Both the position numbers and the translations under genes were made by a program. Of a DNA stretch of 64,000 nucleotides, positions 23,951 through 36,340 are shown one piece after another. The DNA lies in contig NC_086097.1 in assembly GCF_963921235.1 (NCBI RefSeq), positions 6,696,001 through 6,760,000 of the forward strand, given 5' to 3'. Under the pieces are notes generated by a model, which did not search any database, had not been told where the DNA came from, and saw only the letters and a list, made by a program, of their open reading frames with translations. Position 1 is the first letter of the stretch. Every line of letters starts with the position of its first letter. Source of the DNA: Mobula hypostoma (lineage: Eukaryota).

Positions 23951-26900
23951 TTAGAACATAGAAAACCTATAGCACAATACAGGCCCTTTGGTCCACAATG
24001 CATGGCGAACACGTATTTACTTTAGAAATTACCTAGGGTTACCCATACCCTCTATTTTCCTAAGCTCCATGTACATATCCAGGAGTCTCTGAAGAGACCC
24101 TATCGTATCCGCCTCCACCACCATCACCGGCAGCCCAGTCCACGCAGTCATCACTCTCTGGGTAAAAAACTTACCCCTGACATCTCCTCTGTACCTACTT
24201 CCAAGTACCTTAAAACTGTGCCCTCTTGTGTTAGCCATTTCAGCCCTGGGAAAAAGCCTCTGACTATCCACATGATTAATGCTTCTCATCATCTTGTACA
24301 CCTCTATCAGGTCGCCTCTTCTCATCCTCCACCGCTCCAAGGAGAAAAGGCCAAGTTCACTCAACTTATTCTCATAAGACATGTCCTCCCAATCCAGGCA
24401 ACATCCTTGTAAATCTCCTTTGCACCTTTCTATAGTTTCCACATCCTTCATGTAGTGAGGTGACCAGAACGAGCACAGTACTCCAAGTGGGGTCTGACCA
24501 GGGTCCTATGTAGATGTAACATTACCTTTTGGCTCTTATACTCAATCCCATGTTTGATGAAGGCCAATGCACCGTATGCATTCTTAACCACAGAGTCAAC
24601 CTGCACACCAGCTTTGAGTGTCCTATTGACTCGGACCCCAAGATCCCTCTGATCCTCCACGCTGCCAAGAGTCTTACCATTAATACTATATTCTGCCATC
24701 ATGTTTGACCTACCAAAGTGAACCACCTCACACTTATCCTGGTTGAAATCCATCTGCCACTTCTCAGCCCAGTTTTGCATCCTATCGATGTCCCGCTGTA
24801 ACCTCTGACTGCCCTCCACAGTATCCACAACACCCCGAACCTTGTGTCATCAGTAAATTTACTAACCCATCCCTCCACTTCCTCATCCAGGTCATTTATA
24901 AAAATCTCGAACAGAAGGGGTCCCAGAACAGATCCCTGAGACACACCACTGGCTATCAACCTCCATGCAGAATATGACCCGTCTACAACCACTCTTTGCC
25001 TTCTGTGGGCAAGCCAGTTCTGGATCCATAAAGCAAGGTCTCCTTGGATCCCATGCCTCCTTACATTCTCAATAAGCCTCGCATGGGGTACCTTATCAAA
25101 TGCCTTACTGAAATCCATATACACTACATCTACTGCTCCACCAACATGTATAGTCACATTCACAAAAAATTTAATCAGTCTCATAAGGCACGACCTGCCT
25201 TGGACAAAGCCATGCTGACTCTTCCTAACCATATTATGTCTCTCCAAATGTTCAGAAATCCTGCCTTTCAGGAACTATTCCATCAACTTACCAACCACTG
25301 ACATAAGACTCACTAATCCATAAATTTCTGGGCTATCTCTACTCCCTTTCTTGAATAAGAGAACAACAACCCTCCAATGCCCTGGAACCTCTCCCATCCC
25401 CACTGATGATGCAAAGGTCATTGTCAGAGGCTCAGCAATCTCCTCCCTCGTCTTCCACAGTAGCCTGGGGTACATCTCGTCTGGTCCCAGAGACTAATCC
25501 AACTTGATGCTTTCCAAGAGCTCCAGCACATCCTCTTTCTTAATGTCTATGTGCTCAAGCTTTTCAGTCTGCAGTACGTCATCCCTACAATCACCAAGAT
25601 CCTTTTCCATAGTGAATGGAAACATAGAAACATGAAACATAGATACATAGAAGCATAGAAAACCTACAGCACAATACAGGCCCTTCAGCCTACAAAGTTC
25701 TACCGAACATGTTCCTACCTTAGAAATTTCTAGGGTTACCCATAGCCCTCTATTTTTCTAAGCTCCATGCATTTATCTAAAAGTCTCTTAAAAGACCCTA
25801 TCGTATCCGCCTCCACCACCACACTCACCGCTCTCTGCATAAAAAAATTACCACTGAGATCTCCTCAGTACCTGCTTCCAAGCACCTTAAACCTGTGCCC
25901 TCTAGTGGCTGCCATTTCAGCCCTGGGAAAAAGACTATCCACACGAGCAATGCCTCTCACCATCAAATACTGAATACTGAAGCAAATTATTTTTTTAAGT
26001 ACCTCTGCTATCTCCCCCGGTTCCATACATACTTTTCCACTGTCACATTTGACTGGTCCTATTCTCTCACATCTTATCCTCTTGCTCTTCACATACTTAT
26101 AGAATGCCTTGGGATTTTCTTTACTCCTGCTCGCCAAGGCCTTCTCATGGCCCCTTCTAGCTCTCCTAATTTCTTTCTTAAGCTCCTTTCTGCTAGTCTT
26201 ATAATCTTCTAGGTCACTATCATTAGCTAGTTTTTTGAACCTTTCGTAAGCTTTTCTTTTCTCCTTGACTAGATTTTCAACAGCCTTTCCACAGTTCCTG
26301 TACCCTACCATCCTTTCCCTGTCTCATTGGAACGTACCTATGCAGAACGCCACACAAATATCCCCTGAACATTTGCCACATTTCTGCCGTACATTTCCCT
26401 GAGAACATCTGTTCCCAATTTATGCTTCCAAATTCCTGCCTGATAGCTTCATATATCCCCTTACTCCAATGAAATGCTTTCCTAACTTGTCTGTTCCTAT
26501 CCCTCTCCAATGCTATGGTAAGGGAGATAGGATTGTGATCACTATCTCCAAAATGCTCTCCCACTGAGAGACCTGACATCTCACCAGGTTCACTTCCCAA
26601 TACCAGATCAAGTACAGCCTCTCCTCTTGTAGGCTTATCCACATATTGTGTCAGGAAATCTTTCTGAACACACCTAACAAACTCCACCCCACCTAAGCCC
26701 CTTGATCTGGGGAGATGCCAATCAATATTTGGGAAATTAAAATCTCCCACCACGACAACCCTATTATTATTACACCTTTCCAGAATCTGTCTCCCTATCT
26801 GCTCCTTGATATCCCTGTTACTATTGGGTGGTCTATAAAAACACCCAGTAGAGTTATTGACCCCTTTCTGTTTCTAACTTCCACCCACAGAGACTCAGTA

Positions 26901-27480
26901 GACAATCCTTCCATGATTTCCTCCTTTTCTGCAGCTGTGATACTATCTCAGATCAGCAGTGCCACGGCCCCCACTTCTTTTGCCTCCCTCCATGTGCTTT
27001 CTGAAACATCTCAAGCCTGGCACTTGAAGTAACCATTCCTGTCCCTGAGCCATCCAAGTCTCTGTAATGGCCACAATATCATAGCTCCAAGTACTGATCC
27101 ACACTCTAAGCTCATCCACTTTGTTCATGATGCTTCTTGCATTAAAATAGACACATCTCAAACTATTGGTCTGAGCGTGTCCCTTCTCTATCATCTGTCT
27201 ATCCTCTCTCTCGCACTGTCTCCAAGCTTTCTCTATTTGTGAGCCAACCATCCCTTCCTTCGTCTCTTCAATTTGGTTCCCACCCCCCAGCAATTCTAGT
27301 TTAAACTCTCCCCAGCAGCCTTAGCAAACCTCCCCACCAGGATATTGGTCCGCCTCAGATTCAAGTGTAATCCGTCCTTTTTGTACAGGTCACAGACATT
27401 TATTCTCTACCTCACTTTATTCCTATACTCACTGTCACGTGGCACAGGCAGTAATCCTGAAATTACTACCTTTGAGGTCC
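23951..27480 (-). mobile_element. Long CR1 LINE: ORF1 esterase tail plus frameshifted ORF2 (APE endonuclease and RT)
   Basis: ORF1 TSKVVISGLLPVPR..DLYKKDGLHLN (27296-27480); APE YFNARSIMNK, IVAITETW, GDFNFPNIDW, SDH; RT DFSKAFDKVPH, GVSQGSVLGP, KFTDDT, WQMDFNQDKCEVVHFG. Confidence 0.92.
25618..25966 (-). mobile_element. Short CR1 3' fragment nested in the long CR1 of the same subfamily
   Basis: Duplicates 23955-24300, has an expanded catagaaa-type tail, and is flanked by atagtgaat/atactgaat. Confidence 0.8.
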
Positions 27481-27509
27481 ATGGCATAAAAAAGATTGGG
27501 TACACCTGG

Positions 27510-27932
27510 TGTATGAAATAGAATAGCATGGCACTAATTAAGTCACCATAGCTATGGGTAAGTAGCCACATTGTCTAGTGGGCAGCCTCAGAGGAGACTA
27601 AAGCTACAGGAGTAAACCCAGAGAGGGAATGCGGAGTGAGCCCCTGAGGCGGCTGGGCATCACTGAACATCCCTTCGGCAACTCCTGCAACCAAGCTGGT
27701 GCCAAACGTATTGCTTCTCTTTCCTTTGGACTACAGCGGTGAGGCCGAGACGGGGAGTTTGACAACTGCGTGTCCTGGGATCTCCATACCTTCCGCCCAG
27801 GCTTGTTACCTGGAGAGGTCACTCTAGTGCCGCTGCTCGCAGTGACAGAACCATCTTGCAGTGCAACAACAGAGTGACCCACAACACACTCTCCGTGATC
27901 TTTCGAGACAGACGAATGCCATCATCATTATC
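27510..27932 (+). mobile_element. SINE or non-autonomous retroelement sharing its 3' half with the tRNA-SINE family
   Basis: ggtgccaa..cctttgga..ccataccttccgcccaggc..gagacagacgaatgcc(atc)n parallels the SINEs at 3622 and 41500. Confidence 0.5.
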
Positions 27933-28237
27933 AATGAAGTGGTGGAAAACTAAGTAGTGTTGAAGTTAAAAGGAACTTTAAGAGTCGGCGGGAGGAGAGA
28001 GAGCAGCGCGCCACGCGTGCGCAACCCTCCGGTGAAAAATGATACAAGCTATTTAACATTGTGATGAAGAGTTTGCTTCTTCATTCAGAGGGTTGGTGAG
28101 CATTTGCAATTCCCTACCCTAGAGTGTGCTGGTAGATCAGTTGTTCTTTGTTCAAAATACAACTCAATTTTCAGGATGTTAAGTGAATTCAAAGTTCAAA
28201 GTAAATTTATTATCAAAGTACATATGTGTCACCATGC

Positions 28238-28523
28238 TTGAGGATAGAGGGGAAGCCTTTTAGGACCGAGATTAGGAAAAACTTCTTCACACAGAGAATG
28301 GTCAATCTGTGGAATTCTCTGCCACAGCAAACTGTTGAGGCCAGTTCATTGGCTATGTTTAAGAGGGAGTTAGATATGGCCCTTGTGGCTACAGGGGTCA
28401 GGGGGTATGGAGGGAAGGCTGGAGCGGGGTTCTGAGTTGGGATGATCAGCCATGATCATAATAAATGGCGGTGCAGGCTCGAAGGGCCGAATGGCCTACT
28501 CCTGCACCTATTTTCTATGTTTC
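28238..28523 (+). mobile_element. Young CR1 3' fragment
   Basis: Nearly identical to 59067-59353; LRIEGKPFRTEIRKNFFTQR; inserted in a Rex-type 3' UTR. Confidence 0.9.
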
Positions 28524-28723
28524 TATATACAACCCTGACATTCATGTTCTTGCATTAAATCCATTAACTATAATAAAATTAATGAAAGACCATACCCAAC
28601 AGGATAAGGAAATCTGGATTGTGCTGGTAAATAGTATTGAGATAGAAGATCTGACATGATTTTGATGATTAGGAGAGTAGGTTCAAGTGGCTGAATGCCA
28701 CAAACAAGATGACTACTAATGCT

Positions 28724-29831
28724 CAAACAACAGGAATTCTGCAGATGCTGGAAATTCAAGCAACACACATAAAAGTTGCTGGTGAACGCAGCAGGCCAGG
28801 CAGCATCTCTAGGAAGAGGTGCAGTCGACGTTTCAGGCTGAGACCCTTCGTCAGGACTAACTGAAGGAAGAGTGAGTAAGGGATTTGAAAGTTGGAGGGG
28901 GAGGGGGAGATCCAAAATGATAGGAGAAGACAGGAGGGGGAGAGATGGAGCCAAGAGCTGGACAGGTGATAGGCAAAAGGGATACGAGAGGATCATGGGA
29001 CAGGAGGTCCGGGAAGAAAGACGGGGTGGGGGGGGGGGCACCCAGAGGATGGGCAAGGGGTATATTCAGAGGGACAGAGGGAAAAAAAGGAGAGTGAGAG
29101 AAAGAATGTGTGTATAAAAATAAGTAACAGATGGGGTACGAGGGGGAGGTGGGGCATTAGCGGAAGTTAGAGAAGTCGATGTTCATGCCATCAGGTTGGA
29201 GGCTACCCAGATGGAACATAAGGTGTTGTTCCTCCAACCTGAGTGTGGCTTCATCTTTACAGTAGAGGAGGCCGTGGATAGACATGTCAGAATGGGAATG
29301 GGATGTGGAATTAAAATGTGTGGCCACTGGGATATCCTGCTTTCTCTGGCGGACAGAACGTAGGTGTTCAGCAAAGCGGTCTCCTAGTCTGCGTCGGGTC
29401 TCGCCAATGTATGAAAGGCCACATTGGGAGCACCGGACACAGTATATCACTCCAGCCGACTCACAGGTGAAGTGTTGCCTCACCTGGAAGGACTGTTTGG
29501 GGCCCTGAATGGTGGTAAGGGAGGAAGTGTAAGGGCATGTGTAGCACTTGTTCCACTTACACAGATAAGTGCCAGGAGGGAGATCAGTGGGGAGGGATGG
29601 GGGGGACGAATGGACAAGGGAGTCGCGTAGGGAGCAATCCCTGCGGAATGCAGGGGAGGGGGGAGGGAAAGATGTGCTTCGTGGTGGGATCCCGTTGGAG
29701 CTGGCGGAAGTTACGGAGAATAATATGTTGGACCTGGAGGCTGGTGGGGTGGTAGGTGAGGACCAGGGGAACCCTATTCCTAGTGGGGTGGCAGGGGGAT
29801 GGAGTGAGAGCAGATGTACGTGAAATGGGGG
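28724..29831 (-). mobile_element. 5'-truncated Penelope-like element with intact GIY-YIG frame and hammerhead; 17-bp TSD
   Basis: ORF 29157-29483 GVIYCVRC..YIGETRRRLGDRFAEH..GMNIDF; TSD AGATGACTACTAATGCT at 28707-28723 and 29832-29848. Confidence 0.92.
28823..28858 (-). ncRNA. Minimal type-I hammerhead ribozyme (intact core)
   Basis: Minus strand AGUC-CUGACGA-AGG(GUCUCAG)CCU-GAAACGUC-GACU: core boxes, stem II, stem I AGUC/GACU and a GUC cleavage triplet. Confidence 0.8.
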
Positions 29832-30409
29832 AGATGACTACTAATGCTGCTATATTTAATTTTCTTACACTCTACCCATCTTGATCATCTGTTCCTGCTC
29901 TGCCTTTTATCTTGTGCCCTATCACATGTGCTTACGCTTGTCAGCCATCCAACATTTCTTGTGGGACTTGGACTTCTGGCTTATCTGACTGTTCTAGAAC
30001 TAAATATATCTCATTTCATAGCTGTGCTCTCAGGGTAGGCTCGTAAGGTGCACAAGTAATCTATTCTCTGAGGAGGGAGTCCTTCAAATATGAGAAACTG
30101 CAGTTATCAACTCGCAGGCTTGGCTCCATCAAGGAAGTATCAAAAAATCTCCCTGGTCCTGACTAGGAGAACAGACTGAGCAAGAGTTCATTGAATCATT
30201 TCAAGATAAGTTGCAATGCAAATTCTAGTGATCTTGTTTGAAAGCTCTATGGAATGGTAAAGTTATCTATCCCTGTGGCTAGTAAGATATATTATTTTTG
30301 CTGGCTCTGGTTTATTCTGTATAACCATCTCTAAACTTCGGGTAAAGTTTTCTCTTTATTCTATCACCCCTTACATGGTGAAACGAAGTGATATAGGAGA
30401 CAACAAAGT

Positions 30410-32050
30410 TTTGCTCCCAGATGAGCTCAATGCTTTTGGAGCCACCTTCACGAACTCTCAAAGTTTCCTATGATTTCAATCTCTGAGACTAAGATGAGGG
30501 CATCCTTCAGGAGGATGAACCCATGGAAAGTATCTGGCCCAGATGGAGCATCTGACAGAGTACTAAAGACCTGTTGCTGGTCAACTGGCTGAGAGTTACT
30601 GATAGCTTTAACCTTTTGCCTTGGAAGTCTGAGGTACCCACCTACTTCAAACAGGCTTCAATTGTACTGGTGTTCAAGAAGAATATGGTAATCTGTCTCA
30701 ATTACTATTACCCAGTAGCACCCACACCCACTGCGAGAGGTTTGAGAGATTGGTGATGAAACATATCAACTCCTGCCTGAGAAGCAACTTGGATCCGCTC
30801 TAATTTGCCTACCGGAGCATCAAGTCTACAGCAGATGCCACTTTGTTGGCTCTTCACTCAAGCCTGGAAAATCAGGGCAGCAAAGGTGTATCCATGACGA
30901 TGCTCATTACTGACCGCATTCAATGTTATCGTCCCCTCAACACTGATCAATAAGCTCCAAGACCTAGGCTTCAATTCCTCTTTGTGCAATTGGATCCTCA
31001 TTTTCCTCAGTTTCAGACCCAGTCAGTTAGGATTGGTAATACCTCCTCCATTAGCTCCACCAACATAGGGACACCACAGTGCTGTGTGCTTAGTACCCTG
31101 CTCTACTCACTTTATAATTACCACTGTATCTCCAGTGTCATATTTAAGTTTGCTGATGGTACCACTGTCATTGACTGAATCAAAGCTGGTGCCGAGTCAG
31201 CATATAGGAGCAAGACTGAAATACTACCTGAGTGGTGCCACAGCAACAAGGAGCTGATTATTTAATACCGAAGGAGGGAACTGGAGGTCAATAAGCGAGC
31301 TCTCATTGGGGGATCTGAGGTGGAGAGGGTCAGTAGCTTTAAATTCCTCAGTGTTATCATTTCAGAGGATCTGTCCTGGGTCCAACGCTTAAGTGCTATT
31401 ATGCAGAAGTCTGCGAGGGTTTGGCAAGTCAACTAAAACTTTGACAAACTCTTTTAGATGTGTGGTGGAGAGTATATTGAGAGGTTGCATCATGGCCTGG
31501 TATGGAAACACCAACGCTCCTGAATGGAAAAGCCTACAAAAAGAAGTGGATACCATTATGTGTGAAGCCTCTCCACTACTGAGCACACCTACAAGGTTCA
31601 CTGTCCATTGTCAAGAATATCCACCATCCAGTCCAGTCTCTTTTCTTGCTACTGCCATCAGGAAGGAGGTACTGGAGCCTCAGGACTCGCACCACCAGGT
31701 TCAGAAACAGTTATTACCACTCAACTATCAGGGTCTTAAACAAGAGGGGATAACTTCATTCAACTTCACTCATCCCATTACTGAGCTGTTCCCAAAACAT
31801 ATGGATTCGCTTTTAAAGACTCTTTATCTCATGTTCTTAATGTTTATTGCTTATTTATTATTATTTCTATTATATTTTTTTCTATTGGCACAGTTTGTTG
31901 TCTTTTGCACATTGGTTGATGTCCATCTTGCTGTATGCAGTTTTTCATTGATTCTATGGTGTTTCTTTGCATCTACTGTGAATGCTCACAAGTAAATTAA
32001 TTATATGATGACATATAAGTACTTTGATAATATATTTACTTTGAAATTTA
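30410..32050 (+). mobile_element. Degenerate Rex1/Babar LINE
   Basis: VPTYFKQASIV..YYPVA, GTPQCCVLSTLLYSLY, FKFADGTTV, FRCVVESILRGCIMAWYG, T-rich 3' UTR. Confidence 0.85.
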
Positions 32051-32089
32051 TATGGTTAGATGCCAAGAGTAAACAGCATAAATAGTTCT

Positions 32090-32535
32090 CATGGAGGATA
32101 TGGAAAAAAAAACTTGGGAAATACAATGAAGCATTTTATGCTTGCCTGGAATGGTTGAGCATAGTTCTCAAGGCGAACAACATTAATGTGTATAATGTCA
32201 TGTTCCCTGTTTAGAAACTGGTCATTTTATTAGTGGAAGTGGGCTCTAACACATTCAGAACACAACAAGCCTGATAGCAAGCCTGATGTAATAGATGTTC
32301 CATTTGATAGGATTGTTGAGAAGTCCAACTATAATTTTGGTATGTAAGCAGATATCAGATGAGTCAATTGGGGATTAAGTTGTCAGTCTGAGAGACTGTG
32401 TAAGACATTGTAATTTGAGAATGTTATTGCAAAGAGTGCTGCTGTATGGATTGAGCAACGAGAGAATTCAGACCAAGCTCTTTAATATGCAAGCTCTTAC
32501 TTCTAAGAAGCTAAAAAGAATTGTAATTTTAATGG
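32090..32535 (+). pseudogene. Very old Gypsy gag remnant
   Basis: Manual translation at about 32403-32523 gives HCNLRMLLQRVLLYGLSNERIQTKLFNMQALTSKKLKEL, resembling the gag 'CGL.NE.IQ.KLL...LT..KA.E' segment. Confidence 0.45.
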
Positions 32536-32537
32536 AG

Positions 32538-32668
32538 ACACAAAAGATGAAAGATGCTGGAATATGAAGCAACGCAAAAGGTGCTGGGGAAACTTAGTAG
32601 GTCAAGAGCATCTATGGTCCTTTACCCTCCATAGATGCTCTCTGAGTTCCTCCAGCACCTTTTGTGGT
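32538..32668. repeat. Old inverted dimer of Penelope terminal repeat
   Basis: caaaaggtgctgg (32575-32587) pairs with ccagcaccttttg (32652-32664); gagcatctatgg (32606-32617) pairs with ccatagatgctc (32629-32640). Confidence 0.7.
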
Positions 32669-32835
32669 TTCAATAAAAGCCTCACCACAAAATATAAGGG
32701 ATCTTTGAGAGGCAAGGAAACTGAGTGCAAAAGTTAAGAAACACCATTACTGTGTCGGGGAAATTATGCAAGTTTTGCCATCCCATTTGAAGAAGTTTAC
32801 TATTATAGTAAGATCAGACATAAATCAAGATTCAA

Positions 32836-33375
32836 TATAAGACAATAAGATATAGGAGCAGAATTGGGCCATTTGGCCCATCGAGTAGGTTCCACCATTT
32901 CATCATGGCTGATCTATTTTCCCTTTCAGCCCCAATGTCCTGCCTTCTCCCTTCATTCCTTTATGCCCTGACCAATCAAGAATCTATCAACTGCCTTAAA
33001 TATACCCAAGGACTTGGCCTTCAGCGCCATCTGTGGCAATGAATTCCACAGATTCTCACTCTTTGGCTAACAAAATGTCTTCTCATCTCATTTCTAAAAG
33101 GACAACCCTCTATTCTGAGTCTGTGTTTCTGGTCTTAGACTCCCCCAACATTTGAAATATCCTCTCCACATCCACACTCTGGAGGCCTTGCAACATATGA
33201 TACGTTTCAATGAGGTCACCCCTCATTCTTCTGAATTCCTGTGTATAGAGGCCCAGAGCCATCAAACATTCCTCATACGACAAGCCTTTCAATCCTGGAA
33301 TCATTTTTGTAAAGCTCCTTTGAACCTTCTCCAATGTCAGTAAATCCTTTCTTAAATAAGAGGCCCAAAACTCTC
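32836..33375 (-). mobile_element. CR1 3' fragment
   Basis: EKVQRSFTKMIPGLKGLSYEE..RRMRGDLIETY (33110-33334). Confidence 0.85.
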
Positions 33376-33619
33376 ACAGGAGGCTTAAGGATAGTTGCAA
33401 GTTGTAGAGCCCATTTCAACTACATCCTGTAATTTCCTCTGGTCTCTCTACAGAATGGCTGTCTCCCCCCGCCATGTCGATGTTCTTGGGTTGTTAGATT
33501 GCTGTTTGTTGCCACTAATCTATCCCTGCTGCTGATTCTGTGAGCTTTAATATAGCTTCTGCTATTTCAGGACAGCCTAATTCATCCTGAACAAAATAAA
33601 AAGAACTGTTCATTGCCTT

Positions 33620-34030
33620 AAGGGACTGGGCTCCTGTTTACATCAGTGGTGCTAAGTCGAGATGTTTGAGAGTTTCAAATTCCTAGGAGAAAGCATTACC
33701 GATGACTTGTCCTGGTTCAACTATATAGATGCCATGGCCAAGAAAGTGAAGGAATTTTTTTAAGAGGCACCATAGGAGCCTAAAGACACACACTCAACAT
33801 TTTAGGAACAGCTTCTTCCCCTCCACCATCTGCTTTCTGATTGAACAATGAACCCATGTAGATGACTTCACAATTTTTTTGCTCTTTTTCTGCACTACCT
33901 AATTCATATACAGTATATAATATATTCTTATCGTAATTTACCATTTCTACTACGTATTGTAATGTACTGCTGCCGCAAAACAACTAATTTAATGACATAT
34001 GCCAGGGATATGAAACCTGATTCTGATTCT
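33620..34030 (+). mobile_element. Deleted Rex1/Babar 3' fragment
   Basis: SFKFLG..DDLSW codons, aggaacagcttcttcccctccaccatc, and a (tgattc)n tail. Confidence 0.65.
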
Positions 34031-35265
34031 AGAAAGCATCCCATCTAGGTGTGTCTTAGCTGCTAAGCCTAAGTTGCCCAGTTAGATTCTGGGTAAAATC
34101 TGGAAAATTATTGGTGATCTGTATCTCATTTCCCCTGTGTTGGCTTCAACTTTCCAGAGGATTTGTCAAAAAAGGATCAACGTCCCATCTCATCAAGATC
34201 CTAACAATATCTGCCTTAAATACCTGGCCTCCATAGACACCTTCATATATCTGGTAGACACTGAGAAGAGTCATGTCTTTAGCATTAACGGATCATGAAG
34301 AGTTTCCATCACATTACTATATCATATTGCAATTTTGTCTGTACTATTTCTTCATCTATCAGTAAACTTGGCAGCAGACCTTGATACAAAGAGTTAAAGA
34401 TTTGTTCTAGTGAGCATTAGTAGTCTAAATAAAGCATAATGATTTAGAAATCTTAAGTATTTGAAGCATAGTTTGAAAGCAAAGAGCCTAAATTTCTGAC
34501 CGTCAGAATTGCAGTCAATAGAAACTATGACTATGTTTACTTTAGAATTTTTGGAAACGACTGTTTTTTGATAATTTATAAGATCTGTACTTTTTAACAA
34601 ACTCATACATTTTCACACTCACTTGCAGCCAAACTAACGGTCCATCACATTTCTCATTTTTCATTGGATAAGCATTAGCACATTACCTGCATGATATAAT
34701 TCTTTTAATTATGTAGCCTATTAACTAATTCATTCTTATCGAAGGAATTTTTCTTATCATATCTACAAATGTAATAGATTTTTCAGAAGTGCCATTTTTA
34801 TTCTTTTGTCTTACACCTCTGAGCGATGTTTCTCAGCTCTTTATTTAGTTTGAATAGTATTTGTATGTTTGATTGTACTCGAAAATAAACTGAAATATTA
34901 GAATTAGGACTGCTCATCATTCTTGACCCGTGAAGGAACCCTAAGGTTCAGAAAATAAATAGAGTTCCGAGAGAATGAAAGAGTTATTAACCAATGCACT
35001 AAAGTGCTGTATTGGTGGTCTATTAGGGTGGATAATCATAACTTAAGTTACCAACTGAGGCAACCCCAGAATAGAAACCAAGAGTGTAACACTGAAAAAT
35101 AGAAGCTGGATGTAATAATGGTGAAGTAATAGAGAGCTTGGAGGCTGAGAGTAGGAAATATTTTTTAGGGAGATAAGGATAGGAAGAGAGTCCATGACCA
35201 GATGACCATGTTGGAAACAGGAGCTTGGTAGCAAAATGGCAATATCTGAAAGGCTGGATCATTTG

Positions 35266-35397
35266 TCAGTCCTGACAAAGGGTCTCGGCCCGAAACGTTG
35301 ACTGTACCTCTTCCTAGAGGTGCTGCCTGGCCTGCTGCGTTCACCAGCAACTTTTATGTGTGTTGCTTGAAATTCCAGCATCTGCAGATTTCCTCGT
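35266..35397 (+). mobile_element. 132-bp ORF-less Penelope terminal-repeat insertion with hammerhead; 14-bp TSD
   Basis: TSD GGCTGGATCATTTG at 35252-35265 and 35398-35411; hammerhead at 35268-35303 with CTGACAA (core G>A) and GAAACGTT. Confidence 0.88.
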
Positions 35398-35778
35398 GGC
35401 TGGATCATTTGCCCACATTAACGGAGGAATCAATGATAAACTTGGCCAGTGTGATGTGACTACAGAAACTGAGGAGTTTATTCAAAGCACAAGTCCCAGT
35501 AGACTCAATGGTAATAAAATTATAAACATTTGTGATTTCATTACAAATAGAGCAGCCAGCTTCAGGGCACCACACACGTAACAGAAGGGTTTGCAGTCCC
35601 CCAGCATATGGTTCACATTTTCTTTACAATAGCACTGGTTATACCTGCTAGGCATTGTGGGAAGTCTTGCCTTTAGTGTTAATGGATCATGAAGAGTATA
35701 TGTCACATGGTTATATCATATTACATTTTCTTATACTGTTTCTTGTTGATCAGATGAAACCAAATGCCACAGTCCATG

Positions 35779-36340
35779 CAACACACACAAAATGCCAGCG
35801 GAACGCAGCAGGCCAGACAGCATCTATAGGAAGAGGCACAGTCAATGTTTTGGACTGAAACCCTTCATCAGGACTAACTGAAAACAGAGATAGTAAGAGA
35901 TTTGAAAGTGGGAGGGGGAGTGGGGATCGGAAATGATAGAAGAAGACAGGAGGGGGAGTGATAGAGCTAAGAGCTGGAAAGTTGATTCACAAAAGGGATA
36001 CAAGGCTGGAGAAGGGGGAGGATTATGGGACAGGAGGCCTAGGGTGAAAGAAAGGGGGAGGGGAGCACCAGAGGAAGATGGAGAGCAGGCAAGGAGTTAA
36101 AGTGAGAGGGACAAAGGGAGAAAAAACAGAGGGAGGAAAAAAAAACCAATAATAAATAAATAAATAAATATGGGACGGGGTAGGAAGGGGAGGAGGGGCA
36201 TTAATAGAAGTTAGAGAAGTCAATGTTCATGCCATCAGATTGGAGGCTACCCAGACGGAATATAAGGTGTTGTTCCTCCAACCTGAGTGTGGCACACAAA
36301 ATGCTGGTGGAACGCAGCAGGCCAGGCAGCATCTATGGGT
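35779..36340 (-). mobile_element. Penelope-like 3' fragment with a partial second direct terminal repeat
   Basis: Flanked by CACAGTCCATG (35768-35778) and CACAGTCCACG (36341-36351); 36293-36338 repeats about 35784-35830. Confidence 0.8.

Noticed and set aside
31393..31995. 200-aa ORF with hydrophobic C-terminus as a membrane protein
   Set aside because: It is Rex1 RT sequence frameshifted into the T-rich 3' UTR; the hydrophobicity is a base-composition artefact. ORFs 49394-49702 and 55804-56094 have the same cause.
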